From Acidobacteriota bacterium (GTDB lineage: Bacteria > Acidobacteriota > UBA890 > WLXD01), in the NCBI GenBank assembly GCA_963666055.2, contig CAXWPH010000003.1:64001-128000 (forward strand): 64,000 nucleotides of DNA. The letters are read 5' to 3'. The position numbers were made by a program, and so were the translations under genes. Below the pieces are notes generated by a model, which was not told the DNA's origin, did not search any database, and saw only the letters and a list, made by a program, of their open reading frames with translations. Each line of letters begins with the position of its first letter. Position 1 is the stretch's first letter. This document shows positions 45,787 to 55,172 of the stretch, piece by piece.

Positions 45787-46550
45787 TGTACGCCAAGCTG
45801 TGCCTGGTGGTGCGCCGCGAGGAGACCGGCATCGTGCACTACCTGCATACGAGCACCGGCAACTACAACGCCACGACAGCGCGCCTGTACACCGACATCG
45901 GGCTGTTCACCGCCGACCCCAAGATCTGCGCCGAGGCCGCCCGTCTCTTCAACGCTCTCACGGGCTACGCTGGTGGCGTCGAGTATGAGGAGTTGCTGGT
46001 GGCTCCGGGCCGCATGCGCGAGCGCCTGCTGTCCCGCATCGAGCGGGAGATCGAGTGCCACCGTGGCGATGGCGCAGGCTATCTGGCGATGGAGATGAAC
46101 GCGCTGGTCGACGCGGAGTGCATCATGGCGCTGTATCGCGCTTCGCAGGCCGGCGTTCAGATCGATCTGCAAGTGCGCGGCATCTGCTGCCTACGACCCG
46201 GGGTGGAAGGCGTCAGCGAGAACATCCGCGTCAGGTCGATCGTAGGCCGTTTCTGGAGCACGCGCGCGTCTACTATTTCCGCAACGGCGGCGACGAGGAG
46301 CTGCTCATCGGCAGTGCCGACCTCATGCCGCGAAACTTCGATAACCGCGTCGAGGTGCTGCTGCCGGTCCGCGACGCGGAAATGCGCGCCGGAATTCGGC
46401 GACGGATCATGGCAACTCACATGGCGGACAACGTCAACGCACGGCATCTTGCTGCGGATGGCGAGTATGTTCCCTCGGACCCGGCGGGCGCCCGACAAGC
46501 TTGATTCGCACCGGTGGATGATCGAACACCGGGGCACCTGGATGAGCTAG
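45787..46550 (+). pseudogene. ppk1: C-terminal remnant of polyphosphate kinase 1
   Basis: AKLCLVVRRE, TGNYN..TARLYTD, MNALVD, RGICCLRPG, (F)LEHARVYYF, GSADLMPRN.D.RVE; N-terminal part absent; two frameshifts. Confidence 0.88.
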
Positions 46551-46698
46551 TAGGCGGTGGTGGACGTGTGGCGGGCCCCGCCGGGGCGTCGCCTGGCGTC
46601 AGGCCACCTCGCATCTGCGCTAACTCGCCGTAACCCGGCCCGTTACATTTCCACCACACCGGCCTACTCTGACCCCGTGTCCCGCGGCGGGCAGCGGC

Positions 46699-46727
46699 TT
46701 GAAGCGCGTCCGGCGCTCAGCGATAAT
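46699..46727 (+). promoter_or_regulatory. Sigma70-type promoter of the nuoJ operon
   Basis: TTGAAG-17 nt-GATAAT. Confidence 0.6.
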
Positions 46728-46873
46728 CGCCCGGCGGCGAGGCTTCGCATTCGGCCTACCGTCGCCAGTTAGCCCCGCAGCGACGGCATGAGCGAGGGGC
46801 CTGTTTCTCGGGCTCAGACAGTGAAGCCTTCACGGACTTCTGAGTCGAGCCTCGGTCGGGGTGACCGGAAGAC

Positions 46874-47407
46874 ATGCTTGCCGCACAGGCAATTTTCTAC
46901 TACATGGCCGCAGCCAGCGTGGCGAGCGCGCTTCTGGCGGTGACCCGAAAGAACCCGATTCACAGCATGCTGTGGGTGCTGGCGCTTTTCCTGCACGTGG
47001 CGGGCATCTTTCTGCTGCTCGATGCTGAATTCCTGGCGGCAGTACAGGTCATCGTGTACGCCGGCGCCATACTCATCTTCTACCTATTCGTCCTGATGCT
47101 GCTCGACCTGCCGGGTGAAGAGGCGCGCCCGCGGTTCGGAAGGCACTGGCCGTTTGCCGCCGCTGTCGGGATCTCCTTTGCAGCCCTGGCCTGGCTCGCC
47201 CGGGTCGAGACCTTCGACCGCGATGCGGCTGGGGCGGCAACCGTAACGCGCGTTGCCGCGGACGCACCGGTGGAGGGTGGCCTCGAGGACATCGGGATGG
47301 CGTTGTTCGGCCCGTTTGCGCTGCCCTTCGAGATAGCGGGCCTGGTGCTTCTGGCTGCCATCGTGGGGGCGGTCGTCCTCGCCCGGAAGAGGGACACACC
47401 GTCTTGA
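46874..47407 (+). CDS. nuoJ: NADH-quinone oxidoreductase subunit J
   Basis: KNPIHS, AEFLAAVQVIVYAGAI, LPFE. Confidence 0.95.
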   Translation: MLAAQAIFYYMAAASVASALLAVTRKNPIHSMLWVLALFLHVAGIFLLLDAEFLAAVQVIVYAGAILIFYLFVLMLLDLPGEEARPRFGRHWPFAAAVGISFAALAWLARVETFDRDAAGAATVTRVAADAPVEGGLEDIGMALFGPFALPFEIAGLVLLAAIVGAVVLARKRDTPS

Positions 47408-47709
47408 TTCCAGCTACCGGTGCGATTCTGGGGTTGAGCGCGGTTCTTTTCGGAATCGGCGCATTCGGCTTTCTTGCCCGCCGCAATATCATTCTCATGT
47501 TCGTCTCGGTCGAGGTCATGCTCAATGCCGTGAACCTCAGCCTGATCGGCTTTAGCCGCCACCTCGATGATCCGCGTGGCCAGGTGCTAGCCCTGTTCGT
47601 AATCGCGGTGGCGGCGGCGGAGGCGGGGGTTGGCCTGGGGCTGGTGATCGCGCTCAATCGGAACAAGCCCGGGGCAGGCGTAGCGGATCTAACCGAACTC
47701 AAGTGGTGA
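47404..47709 (+). CDS. nuoK: NADH-quinone oxidoreductase subunit K
   Basis: RRN, EVMLNAVNL, AAAEAGVGL. Confidence 0.95.
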   Translation: MIPATGAILGLSAVLFGIGAFGFLARRNIILMFVSVEVMLNAVNLSLIGFSRHLDDPRGQVLALFVIAVAAAEAGVGLGLVIALNRNKPGAGVADLTELKW

Positions 47710-47710
47710 C

Positions 47711-49168
47711 ATGCGGTTGCTCCCACTGATTGTCGTTCTTGTGCCAGCCGTCGGCGCACTCCTGATCGCGTGCACCGGCGAGCGTCGCGCCAACCTGCGA
47801 GAGTTCTGGTCGGTTGCGGCCGGCGTCGTCATGTTCACCCTGACAGCGCTGATGATTCCCGAGGTCCTGGCCGGCAGCTCGCCGGGAAGCGTGCTGTTCC
47901 ATGTTCTCCCGGGCGTCGATTTGGCTTTTCGGGTCGACGCCTTCGGCCTGCTCTTCGCTCTGGGCGCGTCGTTGCTCTGGACCCTCACGTCGTTTTACTC
48001 GATCGGCTACATGCGCACGCTCGAGGAACATGCCCAGACTCGCTACTTCTCCTGCTTCGCGCTGGCGCTGTCGACCACTGTTGCGGTGGCGTTTTCGGCC
48101 AACCTGTTTACGTTGTTCGTGTTCTACGAAGGATTGACCTTCGTTACCTACCCGCTGGTTGCGCACAAGGAGACCGACGAGGCGAGGGCCGGGGCGCGCA
48201 AGTACCTGATCTACCTTCTCGGCGCCGCGAAGCTTTGCCTGCTACCCGCCATCATCTTGATCTACAACGTTGCCGGCACCTTGGAGTTCCGCAGCGGTGG
48301 CATCGTGGGGGCGGCGCAGGCAGCGCAACAGCCCACCTTGCTGCTGGTGATCTTCGCGCTCTTCTTGTTCGGCTTCGCCAAGAACGCGCTCATGCCGCTG
48401 CATAGCTGGCTACCGGCCGCGATGGTGGCGCCGACCCCGGTGAGCGCGCTGCTGCACGCTGTGGCGGTGGTCAAGACAGGTGTCTTCTCCACACTCAGGG
48501 TCTTTCTCTTTGTCTTCGGGGCCGACGCCATGCGCGAGATCGGCGCCGATCAATTGGCCTTGGCGGTTGCCTCCGTGACCATCTTGATGGCGTCGCTGTT
48601 GGCGCTCGGTCAGGACAACCTCAAGGCCCGGCTGGCCTTCTCCACCGTCAGTCAGCTCTCCTACATCATTCTGGGCGCGGCGCTGTTGAACGCCAGCGGC
48701 GTGATGGGCGGGGTCGCCCACATCACCAACCACGCTGTTTCGAAGATCACGCTTTTCATGTGCGCCGGGTCGATCTACGTATCCACCCACAAGACCGAGA
48801 TCAGTCAGCTTTCGGGCATCGCCCGCCGCATGCCGTGGACCATGGCGGCTTTCGCTCTTGCCTCGCTGAGCATCGTGGGGATTCCGCTCACCAGCGGCTT
48901 CGTTTCCAAGTGGAACATTGCCCTCGGCACCGTCGACGGCCACAGCATCGTGCTGTTGGGGGTGCTTCTGCTGAGCTCGCTCCTGAGCGCTGCGTACCTT
49001 GGCCCGGTGGTCTACAAGGCGTACTTTGAACCGGAGGCGCCCGACGCTGAGGAGATCCGCGAGGTGCCGTGGATGGTGGCCCCCCTGGTGGTCAGCGCCG
49101 CCGCAAGCCTGCTCCTGGGTATCTTCCCCGGGTTCGTATTGGACTTGGCCGGAAGGGTTATGCCATGA
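47711..49168 (+). CDS. MrpD-like antiporter subunit
   Basis: YPLVAH, KNALMPLHSWLPAAMVAPTPVSALLHAVAVVKTG, RLAFSTVSQLSY, SGFVSKW. Confidence 0.9.
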   Translation: MRLLPLIVVLVPAVGALLIACTGERRANLREFWSVAAGVVMFTLTALMIPEVLAGSSPGSVLFHVLPGVDLAFRVDAFGLLFALGASLLWTLTSFYSIGYMRTLEEHAQTRYFSCFALALSTTVAVAFSANLFTLFVFYEGLTFVTYPLVAHKETDEARAGARKYLIYLLGAAKLCLLPAIILIYNVAGTLEFRSGGIVGAAQAAQQPTLLLVIFALFLFGFAKNALMPLHSWLPAAMVAPTPVSALLHAVAVVKTGVFSTLRVFLFVFGADAMREIGADQLALAVASVTILMASLLALGQDNLKARLAFSTVSQLSYIILGAALLNASGVMGGVAHITNHAVSKITLFMCAGSIYVSTHKTEISQLSGIARRMPWTMAAFALASLSIVGIPLTSGFVSKWNIALGTVDGHSIVLLGVLLLSSLLSAAYLGPVVYKAYFEPEAPDAEEIREVPWMVAPLVVSAAASLLLGIFPGFVLDLAGRVMP

Positions 49169-49428
49169 GCTTCTTGGAGAGGCACCTGGAGGATCCCGTA
49201 CGCTTGGCGCGCGTCAGACGGTTCTTCTACGCCGTGCTGGCGGTGATCGCGCTGGCCGAGATCGGGTTGCCGTTGGTGTACGGCTACGGCCACCCGCACT
49301 TTTCTTTCGAGCGCTTTCCGGCATGGGGCTCGATCTACGGGTTGGTCTCGTGCGTGGCCATCATCGTCGTCTCCAAGCTCATAGGAAAAGCCTGGCTGAT
49401 GCGCCCCGAGGGCCACTATGAAGACTGA
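49165..49428 (+). CDS. Small two-TM protein between the Mrp-like subunits
   Basis: ATGA overlap; HFSFERFPAW, G..SC, LMRPEGHYE. Confidence 0.8.
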   Translation: MSFLERHLEDPVRLARVRRFFYAVLAVIALAEIGLPLVYGYGHPHFSFERFPAWGSIYGLVSCVAIIVVSKLIGKAWLMRPEGHYED

Positions 49429-49434
49429 GTGCCG

Positions 49435-51198
49435 ATGAGTCTCGAGTGGGTACACCCCGGCCTTATCCTCATCCTAGGTGCGTGGGTGTTGCCTGTCCTC
49501 AAGGGCCGGATGAAGCGCGTCGCGATGCTGGCGCTGCCGGCGGCGGCGGTCATCGCCTGCTGGACTACGACACCAGGGATGTACGGCGTGGTGCGATTCC
49601 TGGGGCAGGAGCTCGTGTTCGGTCGCGCCGACAGCCTGAGCCTGGTGTTCTCCTACGTGTTCTCGATCATGGCCTTCGTGGGCATGGTGTACGCGCTTCA
49701 CGTCGACGACGACTCCCAACACGTCAGCGCCCTGACGTACGCTGGCGGCGCGCTCGGTGTGACCTTCGCCGGAGACTTCCTGTCGCTCTATATTTTCTGG
49801 GAGCTGATGGCAGTTTCCTCAGTGTTTCTGGTGTGGCTGCGTCGCGAGGAATCTGCGGTGGCGGCGGGGTTCCGCTACCTGCTGGTGCACGTGGTCGGAG
49901 GCCTGGTCCTGTTGGCGGGGATCGTGCTCCACTGGTCTGCTGTCGGGTCGCTCGCGTTCGGCGACCTGGGCGCCTTCTCGGGCGGCGCCGGCTGGACCCT
50001 GATCCTCATCGCTTTCCTGATCAACGCGGCGGTTCCGCCCTTCGGGGCATGGCTTCCCGATGCGTATCCCGAAGCCACGGTCACCGGTGGTGTCTTCATG
50101 ACCGCGTTCACCACCAAGTCCGCGGTGTATGCGCTGATTCGCGGCTTCGCCGGCACAGAGTTCCTGGTGTGGCTAGGAGCGGCGATGGCGGTTTATGGCG
50201 TGGTCTACGCGGTGCTGGAAAACGATGCGCGCCGGTTGCTCGCGTACCACATCATCAGTCAGGTGGGCTACATGGTGTGCGGCGTGGGTATCGGAACCGC
50301 GCTGGCCATCAACGGCGCTACCGCGCACGCGTTTGCGCACATTCTCTACAAGGCGCTGCTGTTCATGGGCGCAGGCGCCGTGCTACAGGTGACCGGCCGA
50401 CGCAAGCTCAGCGAGATGGGTGGGCTCTACAAGACCATGCCGATTACTCTCGGGCTGTACATGATCGGCGCGTTCGCGATCTCCGCGGTGCCCTTGTTCA
50501 GCGGTTTCGTGAGCAAGTCGATGGTGGTCTCGGCCGCCGGCGAGTCTCACATGGCGGCGATTTTCCTGATTCTGACTTTGGCTTCGGCCGGCACCTTCCT
50601 GCATACCGGCCTGAAGCTCCCCTACTACATGTTCTTCGCCAAGGACTCAGGCCTGCGCGCCCACGAGCCGCCCAGGAACATGCTCGTGGCGATGGGCCTG
50701 GCGGCGGTTGCGTGCGCCGTGATCGGGGTGTTTCCGCGGCTCCTGTATCAGTTCCTGCCCAATCCTGTGGAGTACCACGCATACACGTTGGCGCACGTCA
50801 CCAACACTCTCGGCATGCTCGGCTTCACCGCGCTGGGTTTCTTCCTGCTGCTCAAGCAACTCGACCCGGAGCGCAAGATCAGCCTCGACACCGACTGGTT
50901 CTACCGCCGTGGCTCTGCTGGGTTCCTGTCCCTGGTGAACAAGCCGTTGGCTCGCCTCGAGTACGGCTTCGTAGGCGAGATCTATGAGTTCGTGATCCAG
51001 CGGCCGGTGCTGAGCGTGGCCCGGGTGGTGCGTAGCTTCGACGGCATCGTCGTCGATTCCGGGATCGTCGGCGTGGGACGCTTCACGCAGTTGCTGAGCC
51101 GGATCGCTCAGTTTGGGGCGAGTGGACACGCCCAGCAATATGGGTTGCTCATGGCGGCCGGAATCCTGGCCGTGCTCGCCTGGATGCTCGTTCGATGA
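49435..51198 (+). CDS. Second Mrp-like antiporter subunit with a NuoL-like lateral helix and terminal TM
   Basis: FWELMA, WLPDAYPEAT, FTTKSAVY, LAYHIISQVG, FSGFVSKS, HTGLKLPY; C-terminal amphipathic helix. Confidence 0.9.
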   Translation: MSLEWVHPGLILILGAWVLPVLKGRMKRVAMLALPAAAVIACWTTTPGMYGVVRFLGQELVFGRADSLSLVFSYVFSIMAFVGMVYALHVDDDSQHVSALTYAGGALGVTFAGDFLSLYIFWELMAVSSVFLVWLRREESAVAAGFRYLLVHVVGGLVLLAGIVLHWSAVGSLAFGDLGAFSGGAGWTLILIAFLINAAVPPFGAWLPDAYPEATVTGGVFMTAFTTKSAVYALIRGFAGTEFLVWLGAAMAVYGVVYAVLENDARRLLAYHIISQVGYMVCGVGIGTALAINGATAHAFAHILYKALLFMGAGAVLQVTGRRKLSEMGGLYKTMPITLGLYMIGAFAISAVPLFSGFVSKSMVVSAAGESHMAAIFLILTLASAGTFLHTGLKLPYYMFFAKDSGLRAHEPPRNMLVAMGLAAVACAVIGVFPRLLYQFLPNPVEYHAYTLAHVTNTLGMLGFTALGFFLLLKQLDPERKISLDTDWFYRRGSAGFLSLVNKPLARLEYGFVGEIYEFVIQRPVLSVARVVRSFDGIVVDSGIVGVGRFTQLLSRIAQFGASGHAQQYGLLMAAGILAVLAWMLVR

Positions 51199-52664
51199 TG
51201 GGCTATCCTGTCTTATCGGTCACCACGTTCCTGCCCCTACTGGGCGCGGCGGTGATCTTGCTGATCGGCGGCGCGCGGCGGGCGCGCTGGATCGCACTGG
51301 CTACGACCTTGGCGACGCTGGCCGTTTCGTTGCCGCTATTTACCGGCTTCGAGAAGGGCTCGGGTGCTCTGCAGTTCGTCGAATCCGCCGATTGGATCCC
51401 GGCCTGGAACATCCAGTACAGCATGGGCGTAGACGGAATCAGCCTTCCGTTCATATTCCTCGCGGCGCTGTTGAGCGTGCTCTGCGTCGGCGTCTCGTGG
51501 ACGGCCGTGCAGACGAAGCCGCGCGAGTTCTACGCCGCGCTGCTGGTGGCCGAGACGGCGATGATCGGGCTGTTCGCCGCGTCGAACCTGTTTCTCTTCT
51601 TTGTTTTCTGGGAGCTCATCGTCATTCCCATCTTCCTGCTGGTCGGTGTTTGGGGCGGGCCAGGGCGCGTTTTCGCCGCCGTCAAGTTCCTCATCTTCAC
51701 CTTGGCCGGAAGCGTGTTGATGCTTGTGGGGATGATCGCCTTGCACCAGGCTTATGGCACCCTCGACTTCAGGGCGCTTGCTGTTGCCCGGCAGCAACTT
51801 GACCCGGCCACGCAGGGTTGGCTGTTCGCCGCGTTCCTCGCCGCGTTTGCCGTCAAGGTGCCGATGTTCCCAGTGCACACCTGGCTACCGAACGCCCACA
51901 CCGAGGCGCCCACGGCGGGGAGTGTGATTCTGGCTGGAATTCTCCTCAAGATGGGCGCCTACGGGTTCCTGCGGGTCTCGCTCCCCATTCTGCCCGAGGG
52001 CGTGCAGCTGTTCCTCACGCCCATGTTGGTGGTCTCTGCGCTGGCGATCGTCTACGGCGCCTACGTGACCTTGGTGCAGACCGACGTCAAACGGCTTATT
52101 GCCTACTCCAGCGTGAGCCACATGGGCTTCGTGACGCTGGGCATCTTCACGCTCGAGCAGAGCGGAGTCGAGGGTGCGATTCTCCAGATGATCAACCACG
52201 GGATCGTCTCGGCGGCGCTGTTCCTGTGCGTCGGGATGATCTACGAGCGTACCCATACGCGCGAGATCAGCGACTATGGCGGGCTCGCCAAGGTGGCACC
52301 TGTGTACAGCACGATGCTGGCGTTTTTCTGCCTGGCCGCCACCGGACTTCCGGGATTGAATTCCTTCGTCGGCGAGTTCCTGATCATCAGCGGTGCGTTC
52401 AAGACGCAGGTATGGCTTGGTGTTGCTGCCGTCTGGGGGGTCGCCCTGGGGACGGCCTACATGGTCTGGCTGTACTACCGGATGGTGATGGGGCAGACCA
52501 ACCCCGGGCTCGAGGGGCTCAAGCTCGAGCTCAATTCGCGTGAGCTCGTGACCCTGGCGCCGCTGGTCTTGCTCGCCTTGTGCCTAGGTCTCTATCCGGA
52601 GCTCGTCCTGTCCTATCTTCGTGTGCCTGTGGCGGAGCTGTTGGCCATCGGAGGGCTGCAATGA
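51195..52664 (+). CDS. nuoM: NADH-quinone oxidoreductase subunit M
   Basis: GVDGIS, FWE, KVPMFPVHTWLPNAHTEAP, LLKMG, AYSSVSHMG. Confidence 0.95.
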   Translation: MMGYPVLSVTTFLPLLGAAVILLIGGARRARWIALATTLATLAVSLPLFTGFEKGSGALQFVESADWIPAWNIQYSMGVDGISLPFIFLAALLSVLCVGVSWTAVQTKPREFYAALLVAETAMIGLFAASNLFLFFVFWELIVIPIFLLVGVWGGPGRVFAAVKFLIFTLAGSVLMLVGMIALHQAYGTLDFRALAVARQQLDPATQGWLFAAFLAAFAVKVPMFPVHTWLPNAHTEAPTAGSVILAGILLKMGAYGFLRVSLPILPEGVQLFLTPMLVVSALAIVYGAYVTLVQTDVKRLIAYSSVSHMGFVTLGIFTLEQSGVEGAILQMINHGIVSAALFLCVGMIYERTHTREISDYGGLAKVAPVYSTMLAFFCLAATGLPGLNSFVGEFLIISGAFKTQVWLGVAAVWGVALGTAYMVWLYYRMVMGQTNPGLEGLKLELNSRELVTLAPLVLLALCLGLYPELVLSYLRVPVAELLAIGGLQ

Positions 52665-54082
52665 AGGGTCCGAGCGCCGCCGATCTGGCCCTGCTGATTC
52701 CTGAGCTGATCTTCGTCGTCGCTGCGCTGGTGCTCATGCTCGCCGCGCGCCGGATCCGCAGGGGCCAGGTGGCCTCGGTCGGTACTGTGGTCGCTGCACT
52801 GGTTGCGCTCGTTGCGGCGAGTCAAACGCTGTCCTGGGGGCCGATCAACGGATTCTCGGGCATGCTTGTGCTCGACGGCTACTCGCAGTTCTTCAAGATT
52901 CTGATCGTCGCGACGCTCGTGTTGACCACCCTCCTCTCGGTGGGTCGCCGTGCTGGCGACGGCGTCCCGCGCGGCGACTATCACGTGCTGTTGTTGCTCG
53001 CCGCCACGGGAATGATGATCTCGGTTTCAGCCGCAGATCTCATACCGCTCTACCTGAGCTTGGAGCTCATGACGATTTGCTCGTACATCCTCGTCGGCAT
53101 CCGGGTAGAGAGGCCGACGTCGAACGAGGCGGCGATCAAGTACTTCCTCCTCAGCTCCTTCTCTTCCGCGTTTTTCCTTTTTGGTATCAGCCTGATTTAT
53201 GGGCTCACCGGTACGACAGCCTATGACGGCATCGCCTCGGCGTTGCACTCGCGAGGCCTGGTTAGCCAACCGTTTCTGCTGATCGCCATCGGGCTGATTG
53301 TGGCCGGGCTTGCCTTCAAGATCGCGGCCGTACCTTTTCACGCCTGGGCTCCAGATGCCTACCAGGGGGCGAGTGCGCCGGTCGCGGCGTTCTTGGCGGC
53401 CGGCTCCAAAGCGGCCGGGCTGGCGGCGCTGGGACGCCTCTTCCTGATCGCGTTCGGTACCGAGGTGGGCGTGCTCTCGACGATCGCGGTGGGACTGGCC
53501 GGCCTGTCCTTGCTCGTGGGCAGCATCTTGGCGCTGTCCCAGACCAACATGAAACGGCTGCTGGCCTATTCGTCCATTGCCCACGCCGGGTATGCCCTCC
53601 TCGGTCTGATCGCCGGGACCCCCGCGGGCCTCTCCGCCACCATGACCTATGTGTTCTTCTATGTGTTCATGACGCTAGGGGCCTTCAGCGTAGTCATCGC
53701 ACTGGGCGAGCGCGGCGAGAGGCTGGATGGTTTTGCTGGCCTGGCGACGCAGCGACCGGGCACGGCGGCGCTCATGCTCTTGTTCATGCTGTCGCTGACC
53801 GGGTTCCCGCCGACGGCCGGATTCGTGGCCAAGTTCGGTGTCATCACCAGTGCAGTGCAGGCGGGCCAGATCGCGCTGGCGGTTCTTGCGGTGGCCTGCA
53901 GTGTGATCACAGCGTTCGTATACATGCGCGTAGCCGTTCTGATGTACATGAACAACACCATCGCACCGGCCCCGGCGCGTTTCCCGCTGGCGGTGACGGC
54001 GGCGCTCGCCGTGGCGGCTCTGGTCACCCTGGTGGGTGGGATCTTCCCGGCCAGCGTGATGTCGTGGACAGTAACGCCATGA
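52661..54082 (+). CDS. nuoN: NADH-quinone oxidoreductase subunit N
   Basis: EAAIKYF, FKIAAVPFHAWAPDAYQG, KRLLAYSSIAHAGY. Confidence 0.95.
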   Translation: MKGPSAADLALLIPELIFVVAALVLMLAARRIRRGQVASVGTVVAALVALVAASQTLSWGPINGFSGMLVLDGYSQFFKILIVATLVLTTLLSVGRRAGDGVPRGDYHVLLLLAATGMMISVSAADLIPLYLSLELMTICSYILVGIRVERPTSNEAAIKYFLLSSFSSAFFLFGISLIYGLTGTTAYDGIASALHSRGLVSQPFLLIAIGLIVAGLAFKIAAVPFHAWAPDAYQGASAPVAAFLAAGSKAAGLAALGRLFLIAFGTEVGVLSTIAVGLAGLSLLVGSILALSQTNMKRLLAYSSIAHAGYALLGLIAGTPAGLSATMTYVFFYVFMTLGAFSVVIALGERGERLDGFAGLATQRPGTAALMLLFMLSLTGFPPTAGFVAKFGVITSAVQAGQIALAVLAVACSVITAFVYMRVAVLMYMNNTIAPAPARFPLAVTAALAVAALVTLVGGIFPASVMSWTVTP

Positions 54083-54215
54083 ATCCTGCAGCGCTGCGAG
54101 ATACCGCGTTTCCGCCCGCGCCAGTTGCAAGGCCACGAGTGCTAAGTTACTTGCCGCGCGGGACACTAGTTTCTGAGGTCAGCCTCCAACCGCTCGCTAT
54201 CGAGGTCGTCGTCTG

Positions 54216-54569
54216 GTGAACGAGTACATCGGGATAGCCGTCATATTCGTGCTCGCCGGTGGCCTCGCGGCCACCATGGTCGCGTTGGGCTCGGTGCTGG
54301 GAAAGAAGAATCCCACCGCCGTAAAGCTAGCGCCGTTCGAGTGTGGCCAGGAGCCGTTCTCCCTGCCTACGGGGAAGCTGGCGGTGAAGTTCTACCTCAC
54401 CGCGATCCTGTTCATCCTGTTCGATGTCGAGCTCGTGTTCCTCTACCCGTGGGCGGTGCTCTACCGACGGCTCGGGCTCCTCGGTCTGGTGGAGATGGGG
54501 GTGTTCCTAGCCATCTTGATGGTCGGCTACGTCTACGCCCGGGACAACGGCGCCCTGGATTGGAAGTGA
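54216..54569 (+). CDS. nuoA: NADH-quinone oxidoreductase subunit A
   Basis: K..PFECG, FILFDVE, GALDW. Confidence 0.95.
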   Translation: MNEYIGIAVIFVLAGGLAATMVALGSVLGKKNPTAVKLAPFECGQEPFSLPTGKLAVKFYLTAILFILFDVELVFLYPWAVLYRRLGLLGLVEMGVFLAILMVGYVYARDNGALDWK

Positions 54570-54571
54570 CA

Positions 54572-55150
54572 ATGGAGAACGCTTTACTCGAATCGGTCGC
54601 CAACCGATTCCCGGACGCCGGCCTCGCCTCATACACGTACCGGGGCGACGCCACGGTCGTCTTGCGCCGCGAGAGCCTGCTCGAGGTGGCCCGTTTCCTC
54701 AAGGAGGACTCGGCGCTACAGATGAACTTCCTGGTGGACGTGACCGCGGTGGACTATTCCGCTTTCGGGAAGGGGCCGGCGCCAGCCTTTTTTGCATCCT
54801 CAGGCGTGTCGGTGAGGCCGTCCCCGCAGATTCCAGAATCAGAATCGTGGCCGGGCCCCCCGGACGACGCGCGTTTTGCGGTCGTATACCACTTCTACTC
54901 CATGACCCATAAGCATCGGCTGCGGCTGGTGGTGCCGACGCCGGAGAGCACGCCGGAGGTAGATTCGCTGACCTCGCTGTGGCCGGGAGCCAATTGGCTC
55001 GAGCGCGAGGTATGGGACATGTTCGGGATTCGTTTCGCCGGGCATCCGGATCTGCGGCGGATCCTCATGTACGAGGAGTTCGAAGGTCACGCGTTGCGCA
55101 AGGACTATCCCGTTAACAAGCGCCAGCCTCTGATCGGGCCGCACAACTAG
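54572..55150 (+). CDS. nuoC: NADH-quinone oxidoreductase subunit C, with an insertion
   Basis: DVTAVDY, ANWLEREVWDMFGI.F.GHPDLRRIL, LRKDYP. Confidence 0.95.
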   Translation: MENALLESVANRFPDAGLASYTYRGDATVVLRRESLLEVARFLKEDSALQMNFLVDVTAVDYSAFGKGPAPAFFASSGVSVRPSPQIPESESWPGPPDDARFAVVYHFYSMTHKHRLRLVVPTPESTPEVDSLTSLWPGANWLEREVWDMFGIRFAGHPDLRRILMYEEFEGHALRKDYPVNKRQPLIGPHN

Positions 55151-55172
55151 TGTCGCGCACGGAAAACTAGCC

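Noticed and set aside
54137-54145. GAGTGCTAA, the right arm of a CIRCE element, before nuoA
   Set aside because: The left arm TTAGCACTC is absent at the 9-nt spacing
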